Below are positions 47,109 to 56,598 of a stretch of DNA of 59,046 nucleotides, one piece after another. Numbering within the stretch: the stretch's first letter is position 1; every line of letters begins with the position of its first letter. This stretch comes from Roseiarcus sp. (GTDB lineage Bacteria; Pseudomonadota; Alphaproteobacteria; Rhizobiales; Beijerinckiaceae), in the NCBI GenBank assembly GCA_035308265.1, contig DATGHB010000403.1, positions 1-59,046 of the forward strand, given 5' to 3'. The notes under the pieces are model-generated. The model ran no database searches. It had not been told where the DNA came from and was given only the letters and a program-made list of their open reading frames with translations. Position numbers and translations under genes: made by a program.

Positions 47109-47864
47109 ATGTCGGGGGACGTGCAATTCTATCTGATGGCAGTCGCGGCGGTGATCCTGTTCGGCTTGTCGAAAGGCGGGTTTTCCGGCCTAAGCACGCT
47201 CGGGATGCCGCTCATGTCGCTGGTCGTCTCGCCGGTCAGGGCCGCGGCGATCGTGCTGCCGATTCTCATCGTGCAGGACTGGGTGGGCGTGTGGGCCTTC
47301 CGGCGCGACTTTTCGGCGCGCAACCTCATCGTCCTCATCCCCTCGGCGATGATCGGCGTCGGGCTCGGCTGGCTGATGGCCGCTCGCGTCAGCGACGACG
47401 CGGTGCGTCTTGCGATCGGCCTGATCTCGATCGCTTTCGTCCTCTACATGCTGGTCCGGGAGCGGCTCGGCCGCGCTCCGGTCGACAAGCCCGGCGTCCC
47501 GGGCGGGGTTCTGTGGGGTTCGCTGGCCGGGTTCACCAGTTTCATCAGCCATTCCGGCGCCCCGCCGTTCCAGGTCTATGTGATGCCCCAATATCTCGAG
47601 CCGCGGGTGTTCGCCGGCACGGCGACGATCTTCTTCGCCGCCGTCAACCTCATCAAGGTTCCGCCCTATTTTCTCCTCGGCCAGTTCAGCCGCGCCAATC
47701 TCATCGCCTCCGCCTGGCTCGTTCCGGTCGCGGTCGCCTCGACCTTCGCCGGAGTCTGGCTGGTCAAGCGGGTGTCTGTTGACAAGTTCTACGCAATTAT
47801 TTTGGCGCTCACCTTCCTCATTGGAGTCAAGTTGACCTATGGCGCCGTTCTGGCGCTCGCCTGA
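47109..47864 (+). CDS. TauE/SafE sulfite exporter family protein
   Basis: GLSKGGFSG, GFTSFISHSGAPP and NLIKVPPY motifs; about 8 TM helices. Confidence 0.88.
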   Translation: MSGDVQFYLMAVAAVILFGLSKGGFSGLSTLGMPLMSLVVSPVRAAAIVLPILIVQDWVGVWAFRRDFSARNLIVLIPSAMIGVGLGWLMAARVSDDAVRLAIGLISIAFVLYMLVRERLGRAPVDKPGVPGGVLWGSLAGFTSFISHSGAPPFQVYVMPQYLEPRVFAGTATIFFAAVNLIKVPPYFLLGQFSRANLIASAWLVPVAVASTFAGVWLVKRVSVDKFYAIILALTFLIGVKLTYGAVLALA

Positions 47865-48318
47865 CGAGGTGGTTTTGCGCCCGCCGCGCATCGACGCGCT
47901 CAAGCCCGCGCCCGGGCGCCTCGCTGCGCAGATTCCCTCCTTCGCGGCGATCGGCCTGATCGGCTTTTTCGTGGACGCCGGGATCACCTTTGTCTGCGCC
48001 AAATATGCCGGCCTGCCGCCTCTCTTCGCCCGCCCGCCGGGCTTCATCGTCGCGACGATCGTCAATTTTCTCCTCAACCGGTCGATCACCTTCCGCCACT
48101 CGGGCGCGCCGGCGCTGCGCGCCTTCTTGCGCTATTGCGGCGTGGCCTCGGCCGGGCTCGCGGTCAACTACGCCGTCTATTCGGCCTGCGTCTTGCTGGC
48201 CCCAAGCCTCGGGATCGCCGTCAGGCCTGCGATCCTGCCGCTGTTCGTCGCCGCCGGCAGCGGGGCGGCGATGGTTCTCACCTTTGTCGGATTTCGGTTC
48301 TTCGCCTTCCGGCCGTGA
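47839..48318 (+). CDS. GtrA family protein
   Basis: FAAIGLIGFFVDAG, NFLLNRSITF and GLAVNYAVY motifs. Confidence 0.85.
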   Translation: MAPFWRSPDEVVLRPPRIDALKPAPGRLAAQIPSFAAIGLIGFFVDAGITFVCAKYAGLPPLFARPPGFIVATIVNFLLNRSITFRHSGAPALRAFLRYCGVASAGLAVNYAVYSACVLLAPSLGIAVRPAILPLFVAAGSGAAMVLTFVGFRFFAFRP

Positions 48319-48392
48319 GGATTGTCGAATCTCTCGCGCAAAGTCTGCGTCGGCGCGCTATGATCATGGCGCTGCGCCACGGAGCCTCAGCG

Positions 48393-50036
48393 ATGTCCCT
48401 TTCTCCCTACGATCGCGATCTCGACCGCAATCCCGCCAATTATCAGCCGCTGACGCCCCTTTCCTTTCTCGAGCGCGCGGCTGAGGTGTTTCCGGACCGG
48501 CTGGCGATCGCGCATGGGCGCCTCCGGCGCAACTACCGCGAGTTCCATGCGCGGTCGAAGAAGCTCGCCTCCGCGCTCGCCAGCCGAGGCTTCGCTCGCG
48601 GCGACACGGTCGCGGCCATGCTCGCCAACACCCCGGCGATGCTCGAATGTCACTATGGCGTTCCGATGTGCGGCGCGGTTTTGAACGCGCTCAATACGCG
48701 GCTCGACGCAGCCTCGATCGCCTTCATGCTCGATCATGGGGAGGCCAAGGCGATCATCGTCGACCGCGAGTTCTCGTCCGTCATCGGGCAAGCGCTGAAG
48801 CGCGCCAAGACCCGACCGCTGGTCATCGCCTACGACGACCCGGAATATTCCGGCCGCGGCGAGCGGCTCGGAAGCCTCGACTATGAGGCGCTGATCGCCG
48901 AGGGCGACGAGGCTTACGAGCGCACCGCGCCCGGCGACGAATGGGATGCGATTTCGCTCAACTACACCTCCGGCACCACCGGCGATCCCAAGGGCGTCGT
49001 CTACCACCACCGCGGCGCGAACCTCCTCGCCGCCGGCAACATCCTCACCGGCGACATCGGCCGCCACCCGGTCTATCTCTGGACCCTGCCGATGTTCCAC
49101 TGCAACGGCTGGTGCTTTCCCTGGTCGATCAGCGTGAAAGCGGGCGTGCATGTCTGCCTGAGGCAGGTGCGGGCCAGGCCGATCTTCGACCTCATCGCCG
49201 AGCACAAGGTCACCCATATGTGCGGCGCGCCGATTGTCATGTCGACCCTGCTCAACGCGCGCGAGGACGAGAAGCGGCCCCTCCCGCACGTCGTGCGCTT
49301 CTTCACCGCCGCCGCCCCGCCGCCCGCGGCCGTCCTCAAGGCGATGGGCGAGGCGGGCTTCGATGTCACCCACCTCTACGGCCTGACGGAGGTTTACGGA
49401 CCCGCGGTGGTCAACGACTGGAAGGACGAGTGGAACGCGCTCGACGCCGACGCCCAGGCGCATCTCAAGGCCCGCCAGGGCGTTCGCTATCACGCGCTCG
49501 AGGCGCTCGACGTCATGGACCCCGGGACAATGGCGCCTGTGCCCGCCGACGGGCAAACGATGGGCGAGGTGATGTTCCGCGGCAACGTGGTGATGAAGGG
49601 CTACCTCAAGAACAGGGCCGCGACCGACAAGGCGTTCGCCGGCGGTTGGTTCCATTCGGGCGACCTCGGCGTCAAGCACAAGGACGGCTATGTGCAGTTG
49701 CGCGACCGATCGAAGGACATCATCATATCCGGCGGCGAGAACATATCCTCGATCGAGGTCGAGGACGCCTTGTTCGCCCACCCGGGCGTCCAGCTCGCGG
49801 CGGTGGTGGCGCGCGCGGATGACAAGTGGGGCGAGACGCCCTGCGCCTTTGTCGAAATGAAGCCGGGCAAAACCGCGACCGCCGAGGAACTCATCGAATG
49901 GTGCCGGGCCCGGCTTGCCCGCTACAAGTGCCCGCGTTACGTGGTCTTCGCGGAGATCCCGAAGACCTCGACTGGCAAGGTGCAGAAATTCGCGCTGCGC
50001 GAGCGCGCGAAGCTCGTGGACGCGGGCCCGGCCTAG
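48393..50036 (+). CDS. Acyl-CoA synthetase (AMP-forming, medium-chain/DmdB-like)
   Basis: LTPLSFLERAA, YTSGTTGDPKGV, LPMFHCNGW, YGLTE and SGGENISSIEVE motifs. Confidence 0.92.
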   Translation: MSLSPYDRDLDRNPANYQPLTPLSFLERAAEVFPDRLAIAHGRLRRNYREFHARSKKLASALASRGFARGDTVAAMLANTPAMLECHYGVPMCGAVLNALNTRLDAASIAFMLDHGEAKAIIVDREFSSVIGQALKRAKTRPLVIAYDDPEYSGRGERLGSLDYEALIAEGDEAYERTAPGDEWDAISLNYTSGTTGDPKGVVYHHRGANLLAAGNILTGDIGRHPVYLWTLPMFHCNGWCFPWSISVKAGVHVCLRQVRARPIFDLIAEHKVTHMCGAPIVMSTLLNAREDEKRPLPHVVRFFTAAAPPPAAVLKAMGEAGFDVTHLYGLTEVYGPAVVNDWKDEWNALDADAQAHLKARQGVRYHALEALDVMDPGTMAPVPADGQTMGEVMFRGNVVMKGYLKNRAATDKAFAGGWFHSGDLGVKHKDGYVQLRDRSKDIIISGGENISSIEVEDALFAHPGVQLAAVVARADDKWGETPCAFVEMKPGKTATAEELIEWCRARLARYKCPRYVVFAEIPKTSTGKVQKFALRERAKLVDAGPA

Positions 50037-50039
50037 CCG

Positions 50040-50930
50040 ATGGGCGCCCACAGTTGGGCGCACTATTGCCGTGCGGCGTTCGTCCGGTCGGTGGCGCGCG
50101 CGGCCGCGCGGTGTCCCGGTCCTGGCGAGGCCCCGCCGGAAAAGATCCATGAGTTGCGCAAGACGCTCAAGGAAGCCCGGGCGATCGGGCGGCTCTTCCT
50201 CGGCGGCCTCGGCGAACCGGCGCGGGTGACGATCGCGGCGCTGGCCGCGATCCGCCGTCACACTGGCCGCGCGCGCGATCTCCACGTGATGGCGCATCGG
50301 CTCGAGCGTCTCGAGGCCCCGCCCGAGGTCGCCGGGCCGCTGATGGCGGCGATTGAGCGCGAGCGGGAGGCGGCGCGGCGCGCCAATCGCGGGCTTGGCG
50401 CCGGAACCTCGCGCGCGCGGCTCGCCGCGATCGTAAGGCGCGTCGAGGGATGGGACGTGAGCGCGGTCGGCCGGGACGAGGTCGTGGCCGCCGTCGCGCG
50501 CACCTACCGGCAGGCTCGCCGGCGCGGACGGCGCGCCTTTGCGAGCGAGGATCCGGCGCTGCTGCACGCCTTTCGCGCCCGCGTCGTCGATCTGCGCTAC
50601 CAGCTCGCGCTCCTCTCCTGCGCATGGCCCGAAGCGCTGAACGCGCAGGCCGAAGCCTTGAACGAGCTTCGTGAGGCGCTCGGCGACCATCACGATCTCC
50701 ATGTGCTGGCCGAGTTCGCGGCTGAAAGCGGCGCGCTGGAGCCGGAGGCGCTCGCTCAGCTGCGGGAGCGGGCCGACGCAAAGCAGCAGAAACTCAGGCG
50801 CCGGGCCGAGATCGAGTCCGGCCGGCTGTTTGCCGAGACGCCGCGCGCCTTCGCGGCCCGGCTCGACGCCTATCTCGCCCGGCCGGTCAGCCCGCCCGCC
50901 GCCAAGCAAGATGAGCCGCCGCACGACTAA
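50040..50930 (+). CDS. CHAD domain protein (polyphosphate-binding)
   Basis: IHELRKTLKEARA, GRARDLHV, LHAFRARVVDLRYQ and LGDHHDL motifs. Confidence 0.85.
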   Translation: MGAHSWAHYCRAAFVRSVARAAARCPGPGEAPPEKIHELRKTLKEARAIGRLFLGGLGEPARVTIAALAAIRRHTGRARDLHVMAHRLERLEAPPEVAGPLMAAIEREREAARRANRGLGAGTSRARLAAIVRRVEGWDVSAVGRDEVVAAVARTYRQARRRGRRAFASEDPALLHAFRARVVDLRYQLALLSCAWPEALNAQAEALNELREALGDHHDLHVLAEFAAESGALEPEALAQLRERADAKQQKLRRRAEIESGRLFAETPRAFAARLDAYLARPVSPPAAKQDEPPHD

Positions 50931-50982
50931 GCGGAATTTCGTTGGCGAGCCAACCCAATCCTGATTAGATTCCCTTGATGTC

Positions 50983-51032
50983 GCAGGATTTTCAGCCGAA
51001 AACCGACGTCTGCTTTTCGGCAATCCTGCTTA
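50983..51032. repeat. About 50-bp palindromic intergenic repeat, family 2
   Basis: GCAGGATTTTCAGCCGAAAACCGACGTCTGCTTTTCGGCAATCCTGC. Confidence 0.6.
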
Positions 51033-51084
51033 GCTCAAGCCCGGCGCGAGGGCGTCATGACGCAAGGCCGGCCGCAGCGACAAG

Positions 51085-51114
51085 TTGACAGGCGTGACCC
51101 TTACCCACTAGCGT
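51085..51114 (+). promoter_or_regulatory. Sigma70-like promoter of the PEP-CTERM gene
   Basis: TTGACA-N18-TAGCGT. Confidence 0.45.
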
Positions 51115-51241
51115 AATCGGGCTTTGGACGAGGCCAGCCGTTTCGCGGTCTGACTCGCGTCTTAAAGAACGCAGCACACCGCCTCAGGGGATACGCGAGG
51201 GATGGCCCTCGCCGGCTTGGGCGGGGGAGGGACGTAGTATC

Positions 51242-51967
51242 ATGAAAAGGTGGATGTTCGCCGCGCTCGTGGGTTTCAGCGCGCTCGCGTCGGCCGGATC
51301 GGCTGAGGCAGGCGTCGTCAGTTTCTCGCTTGGCGGCGATGGCAATGTTAGCGCCTCAGGAACAATCACCGTGGGTTTTGATAAGTTCGCCGACACCGGC
51401 AGCATTTTTGGAACCCCAGCCAATCTCATCGGTCCTTCCGCCGGTCCTCCTCCGAACTTCTCGGGCGCGGTCGATCCCGCGAATGCGCTCGCGGTCACCG
51501 GCGCCAACGGCACGTTCTCGGATGTGGCTCTGGGGATCGCCGATGTCGCGATCATCGGCGTCTTTACAACCGATCCGCAAAACCACTTCGATCCTGACTG
51601 GACCATTCCCCATAGCTTCGGCTGGTATCCGGCGCCTGGAAAGGTGTCCTACGACAATCTGTTCTACGCGGGCGGGCTTGCGCCGGAAACTTGCTTCACC
51701 GTGCCGCCCCGCGGCTACTTCGATGACTACGGCGTCATGCTTACGCTCGCCAACGGGGATCTCGTCGATGTCTACTCCAACGGCGGCAGCGGGCCGGGCC
51801 TCTACGGCGCGGTCGTCCTGGTCGATGGGGTGGCGGACTACACGAGCGCGCGCGGCCTTTCCCTGACCGCCGCTCCCGAACCGTCAACCTGGGCGATGAT
51901 GATGCTGGGCTTCGCCGGTCTGGGATTTGCCGGCTATCGCAAGGCGCGCAAAACCGCGGCGGCCTGA
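51242..51967 (+). CDS. PEP-CTERM (PEPxxWA) sorting-domain surface protein
   Basis: Signal peptide and C-terminal APEPSTWAMMMLGFAGLGFAGYRKARK. Confidence 0.93.
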   Translation: MKRWMFAALVGFSALASAGSAEAGVVSFSLGGDGNVSASGTITVGFDKFADTGSIFGTPANLIGPSAGPPPNFSGAVDPANALAVTGANGTFSDVALGIADVAIIGVFTTDPQNHFDPDWTIPHSFGWYPAPGKVSYDNLFYAGGLAPETCFTVPPRGYFDDYGVMLTLANGDLVDVYSNGGSGPGLYGAVVLVDGVADYTSARGLSLTAAPEPSTWAMMMLGFAGLGFAGYRKARKTAAA

Positions 51968-51988
51968 GCAGCACGGACGCTCCAAATC

Positions 51989-52015
51989 AAAAGGCCGCCC
52001 TCGCCGGCGGCCTTT
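51989..52015. terminator. Probable bidirectional intrinsic terminator
   Basis: AAAGGCCGCC-CTCGCC-GGCGGCCTTT between convergent genes. Confidence 0.65.
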
Positions 52016-52019
52016 ATCG

Positions 52020-52808
52020 TTAGATGCCGTTGCCGCCCGGCGAGGCGATGGAGTGTTGGTCCGCAGGCTCGCCCCGCGGCTTTCCGGCGCCGCCCACATT
52101 GAAGCGTTCGAGTTCATCCGTAACAGCCTGACTGAGCGAGCCGTTGGAGCTATAGTTCTCCTCGGTGGACTTCACCCAGCGTTTCACTTCCGGAGCATAC
52201 CAGAAGCATTTGTAGTAGCGGCCGCTGACGCGAACGCCGCGGACCACGCGGGCTTCGGTGGTCTGCGATAGCGCCGATCCCTGCCTGGCGACGACGGCGC
52301 CATTGAGAACCCGCGGCGCGACGTCGGCTGTCCAACGCCCCTCGGATTCGATCTTCAGAGCGTGAAATTTGCCCGCTGGAACCGTGACGTCCTCCCAGCC
52401 GACGACCTTGTAAGGCAGCGTGTCAGTTTCGCGCAGCTTCTGCGGGCTCGGATTCTGTTCGGTGAATTCGAGCCGCCACGTCTTGCCCACCTCGAGCGGG
52501 AAGGAGAATGGCTGATCGACCGTCGTTTCCTGACCGTTGACGCTCCGGCGTCTGCTCCAGTCCAGTCCTAACATCATTGATTGCACGCGATCCGGATTTT
52601 CGGCTGTTTTCGCGCTCACCACGACGCTGTCCGAACCGACGCGCATCACGGAAAGAGTGACATGCGAGTCTCGCGCGACGCCGTTTCTCTGAACCGACTG
52701 ATGGTACGACCACGAATCATCGAGTGTGAATGTCGGCCGCGGCACGGCTTCAGCGTAAGCGTCAGCGGCCAGCGTCGAAAGGAAAGCGGCGATCAGGATC
52801 CTTTTCAT
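52020..52808 (-). CDS. Hypothetical exported beta-rich protein
   Basis: Signal peptide MKRILIAAFLSTLAADAYA; FPLEVGKTW, EDVTVPAGKFHALKI and WYAPEVKRWVK motifs. Confidence 0.75.
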   Translation of the reverse strand: MKRILIAAFLSTLAADAYAEAVPRPTFTLDDSWSYHQSVQRNGVARDSHVTLSVMRVGSDSVVVSAKTAENPDRVQSMMLGLDWSRRRSVNGQETTVDQPFSFPLEVGKTWRLEFTEQNPSPQKLRETDTLPYKVVGWEDVTVPAGKFHALKIESEGRWTADVAPRVLNGAVVARQGSALSQTTEARVVRGVRVSGRYYKCFWYAPEVKRWVKSTEENYSSNGSLSQAVTDELERFNVGGAGKPRGEPADQHSIASPGGNGI

Positions 52809-53157
52809 AATAACCACCGCGCTCCGTTCAAGGCTGGTGAAGGATTCGAGGACCTTGGTTCCCGAAGAGCGTCTTCCTGATTGAAAAAGGCGTCTTTTCA
52901 TTCTCGTCGCACTGCGATCGAGAGAGCCAATCAGGGCCATTTCTCGGGCACCCTTCGGCGTTTTGCGCCATTGCTCTCGCACTTTCGAGGCGCAAAACCG
53001 CGACGGCGTAGCCCACGGACGCCCCAAAGCGCCGTCATGCGCCGCGCTTTGGCGGGTTTGGCGGCTCGGCGTTCCCGATAGCGGCGAAAGCGCGGGCGTG
53101 TGGAACGACCGGAGTCCGCCCAGGCGGTGGTCGCAGCGTGCCCAAATTCGTGTGATC

Positions 53158-53883
53158 CTAAGCAAGGTATTGCCCGCCATTGGCCGAGAGGGTCGAGCCG
53201 GTGATAAAGCCGGCGTCGTCGGAGGCGAGAAACACGACGGCGCGCGCGATCTCCTCCGGTTCGCCGAGGCGGCCGACCGGGATGAGCGGCACGATGGTCT
53301 TCGCCACGACCTCGGGATTCATGGCCTTGACCATGTCGGTCGCGATGTAGCCGGGACAGATCGCATTCACGGTGATCCCGGCCCGCGCGCCCTCCTGCGC
53401 CAGCGCCTTGACGAAGCCGATGTCGCCCGCCTTGGCCGAGGAATAGTTGACCTGCCCCAACTGGCCCTTCTGTCCGTTGATCGAGGAGATGCAGATCACC
53501 CGGCCGAACTTGCGCCCGCGCATGCCCTCCCACACCGGGCGCGTCATGTTGAAGAGCGAATTCAGATTGGTGTTGATGACGGCGTACCACTGGTCGGGCG
53601 TCATCTTGTGGAACATGCCGTCCTTGGTGATGCCGGCATTGTTGACGAGGATTTCGACCGGTCCCAGCTCCGCCTCGACCTTCTTCAGGCCCTCGACGCA
53701 GGCGTCGTAGCTCGAGACATCCCATTTGTAGACGGAGATGCCGGTATCGCCCTTGAATTTCTCCGCCGCCTCGTCGTTGCCCGCGTAGCTGGCGGCCACT
53801 TTACAGCCCGCCGCCTTCAAGGCCTTCGAGACGGCTGCGCCGATGCCGCGCGTGCCGCCGGTGACCACTGCGACTCGTGCCAT
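53158..53883 (-). CDS. phbB: Acetoacetyl-CoA reductase
   Basis: [17 protein letters not shown] and [21 protein letters not shown] motifs; follows the thiolase. Confidence 0.95.
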   Translation of the reverse strand: MARVAVVTGGTRGIGAAVSKALKAAGCKVAASYAGNDEAAEKFKGDTGISVYKWDVSSYDACVEGLKKVEAELGPVEILVNNAGITKDGMFHKMTPDQWYAVINTNLNSLFNMTRPVWEGMRGRKFGRVICISSINGQKGQLGQVNYSSAKAGDIGFVKALAQEGARAGITVNAICPGYIATDMVKAMNPEVVAKTIVPLIPVGRLGEPEEIARAVVFLASDDAGFITGSTLSANGGQYLA

Positions 53884-53920
53884 TGTTTCCTCCCGAGGTT
53901 TTCGTTTCTCACCTCCCGCG

Positions 53921-53972
53921 CCCCCTCCTCCGCCCTTCGGGGGGTCCCCCTCCCCCGCAAAGCGGGGGAGGA
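53921..53972. repeat. Short REP-like double hairpin between phbA and phbB
   Basis: CCCCTCCTCCGCCCTTCGGGGGGTCCCCCTCCCCCGCAAAGCGGGGGAGGA. The right hairpin resembles the family-1 arm. Confidence 0.6.
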
Positions 53973-53982
53973 CAGGCGCGGT

Positions 53983-55161
53983 CTACCGTTCGACCGCCAT
54001 CGCGATCCCCATGCCGCCTCCGATGCAAAGGGTGGCCAGGCCCTTTTTGACCTTGCGGCGGGCCATTTCGTGCAAGAGCGTCGTCAACACTCGCGCCCCC
54101 GACGCGCCGATCGGATGGCCGATCGCGATCGCCCCGCCGTTGACGTTGACGATCGCCGGGTCCCACCCGAGGTCCTTGTTGACCGCGAGCGCCTGGGCGG
54201 CGAACGCTTCGTTGGCCTCGACCAGCTCGAGGTCCTTGACCGACCAGCCGGCCTTTTCGAGCGCCTTGCGGGTGGCAGGGATCGGCCCCGAGCCCATGAT
54301 CGCCGGATCGACCCCCGCCGTCGCCCAGGCGACGATGCGGGCGAGCGGCGTCAGGCCCCGCCGCTTGGCCTCGGCGGCGCTCATGAGCACCGTGGCGGCC
54401 GCGCCGTCGTTGAGGCCCGAGGCGTTGCCCGCGGTCACCGTTCCGTCCTTGGAAAAGGCGGGTTTCAGTTTCGCCATCGCGTCGTAGGTGGAGCCGGCGC
54501 GCGGATATTCGTCGGCGTCGACGATGACGTCGCCCTTGCGCGTCTTGACCGTGACCGGCGCGATCTCGTCCTTGAAGCGTCCGGCTTTTTGCGCGGCCTC
54601 CGCCTTGTTCTGCGAGCCGACGGCGAAGCGGTCCTGCTCCTCGCGGGTGATCTGCCATTTCCTGGCGATGTTCTCGGCCGTATTGCCCATGTGGTAGCCG
54701 TGGAACGCATCGATGAGGCCGTCCTGCAGCATCGTGTCGACGAGCTTCATTTCGCCCATCTTGACGCCGCTGCGCAGATAGGCGGCATGGGGGGCCATCG
54801 ACATGGATTCCTGGCCGCCGGCGACAATGATATGGGCGTCGCCGCCCGCGATCTGCTGCATGCCGAGCGCGACCGCGCGCAAGCCGCTGCCGCACAGCTG
54901 ATTGACGCCGAAGGCGGTCTTTTCCTGAGGGATCCCGGCCTTCATCGCCGCCTGGCGGGCCGGGTTCTGGCCTTGAGCGGCGGAGAGGATCTGGCCGAGG
55001 ATGACCTCGTCCACCTCGCCCGCCTCGACCTTCGCCGCTTCGAGCGCGCTCTTGATCGCGAGGGCGCCGAGGTCGTGCGCGGCGGTCGAGCCGAAGGCGC
55101 CGTTGAATGACCCGACCGGGGTTCGTTTGGCGCTGGCGATGACGATTTCGGAGGCGGGCAT
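53983..55161 (-). CDS. phbA: Acetyl-CoA acetyltransferase (beta-ketothiolase)
   Basis: [20 protein letters not shown] and LCIGGGMG motifs. Confidence 0.95.
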   Translation of the reverse strand: MPASEIVIASAKRTPVGSFNGAFGSTAAHDLGALAIKSALEAAKVEAGEVDEVILGQILSAAQGQNPARQAAMKAGIPQEKTAFGVNQLCGSGLRAVALGMQQIAGGDAHIIVAGGQESMSMAPHAAYLRSGVKMGEMKLVDTMLQDGLIDAFHGYHMGNTAENIARKWQITREEQDRFAVGSQNKAEAAQKAGRFKDEIAPVTVKTRKGDVIVDADEYPRAGSTYDAMAKLKPAFSKDGTVTAGNASGLNDGAAATVLMSAAEAKRRGLTPLARIVAWATAGVDPAIMGSGPIPATRKALEKAGWSVKDLELVEANEAFAAQALAVNKDLGWDPAIVNVNGGAIAIGHPIGASGARVLTTLLHEMARRKVKKGLATLCIGGGMGIAMAVER

Positions 55162-55376
55162 GTCGGTTTCCTTATCGAACAGAAGGGGGCGATCGGGCGA
55201 TTTCTACACGGTCCCTGACCGGGGGCGCCAGCCCCTACGGCGGGCGCCAATCCCCTATATAGGCATTTGCGAACCGGTATGCGGATCGCGACCAGGCTCG
55301 GCGCCGTGGGGTCGCAAGGGCGCGAATTGGTGGTATTTCTGTCAGCGACGCCATTCCGGCCGGTCAGCAGGGTGAT

Positions 55377-56351
55377 ATGAGTTCACACAGCCAGGTTTCC
55401 GAGCGCGTCGTAACGCAAGAGGCGGACCCGCTCGCCGATATGATCTTCCTGCCGGGCGGCGAATTCGCCATGGGTTCGGACCGTCACTACCCGGAGGAGG
55501 CGCCGGTCCATCGAGTCAGCGTCGGCGCGTTCTGGATCGACCGGACGCCGGTGACCAACCGCCAGTTCCGCAAGTTCGTCAACGCCACGAAGCATGTCAC
55601 CTTCGCTGAGATCGCGCCGCGAGCGGAGGACTATCCGGGCGCGCTGCCGCATATGCTCAAGCCCGGATCGCTGGTCTTTTCGCCGCCCAGGGGGCCGGTC
55701 GATCTCAGGGACTGGTCGCAATGGTGGCGGTTCAAATTCGGCGCCGACTGGAAGAGGCCCTACGGGCCGCGAAGCTCGATCAGCGGCATGGACGACCATC
55801 CTGTCGTGCATGTCGCCTATCGCGATGCCGAGGCTTACGCCCGCTGGGCGGGCAAGGAATTGCCGACCGAGGCCGAGTGGGAATTCGCGGCGCGGGGCGG
55901 GCTCGCCGGGGCGGAATATTCCTGGGGCGAAGAGTTCGCGCCCGGGGGTAAGCAGATGGCGAACACCTGGCAGGGCGACTTCCCGCACCAGAACCTCAAG
56001 CAGGACGGTTTCGAGCGCACCTCGCCAGCCCGGTCGTTTCCCCCGAACGGTTACGGGCTCTACGACATGATCGGCAATGTGTGGGAGTGGACCTCGGATT
56101 TCTGGTCGACCCGCCATTCCGCCGACGCGCCTAAGGCGTGCTGCGTGCCCGAGAATCCGCGCGGCGGCCCGGAGGCGGAGAGCTACGATTCCTGCCAGCC
56201 GGAGATCCGCATTCCCCGCAAGGTGCTGAAAGGCGGCTCGCATTTATGCGCGCCGAACTATTGCCAGCGTTACCGCCCCGCCGCCCGGCACGCCGAGCCG
56301 ATCGACACATCGACCAGCCATGTCGGCTTTCGCTGCGTGGTCCGGGCTTAA
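55377..56351 (+). CDS. Formylglycine-generating enzyme (SUMF1 family)
   Basis: FAMGSD, LPTEAEWEFAARGG, DMIGNVWEW, KGGSHLCAPNYCQRYRPAAR and HVGFRC motifs. Confidence 0.92.
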   Translation: MSSHSQVSERVVTQEADPLADMIFLPGGEFAMGSDRHYPEEAPVHRVSVGAFWIDRTPVTNRQFRKFVNATKHVTFAEIAPRAEDYPGALPHMLKPGSLVFSPPRGPVDLRDWSQWWRFKFGADWKRPYGPRSSISGMDDHPVVHVAYRDAEAYARWAGKELPTEAEWEFAARGGLAGAEYSWGEEFAPGGKQMANTWQGDFPHQNLKQDGFERTSPARSFPPNGYGLYDMIGNVWEWTSDFWSTRHSADAPKACCVPENPRGGPEAESYDSCQPEIRIPRKVLKGGSHLCAPNYCQRYRPAARHAEPIDTSTSHVGFRCVVRA

Positions 56352-56411
56352 GCGAGCGTGAGGCGCGCGGACGGGGGCGCCCTTAGCGCGAGTTGTCTTT
56401 AGCTTGAATCG

Positions 56412-56558
56412 TTGGCGCCCCCGCCCCCTCTTGTGGGGGCCGGTAGGGGTGGGGGGTCGCGCGGACTGGAGAGATTGTTGAACGCGCAGCTGCATGCTCG
56501 TTTCGTCTGACGGCGCGACCCCCTCCTTGATCCTCCCCCGCAAGGGGGGAGGAGACGC
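56412..56558 (+). repeat. About 145-bp REP-like element, family 1
   Basis: Same arms as the copies at 28568 and 32237; lies between convergent genes. Confidence 0.8.
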
Positions 56559-56598
56559 CTCGGGGCGGTCCGTGCGTAAACTCAAACGCAGCGCGCCC

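Noticed and set aside
40318-55110. Long opposite-strand ORFs (e.g. 40318..42168, 43354..45015, 45409..47136, 48387..51023, 52963..55110)
   Set aside because: They are antisense shadows of well-supported genes, as expected in high-GC DNA.
28568-56558. CRISPR array or IS elements
   Set aside because: The repeats are dispersed rather than tandem with spacers, and no cas or transposase ORF is present.
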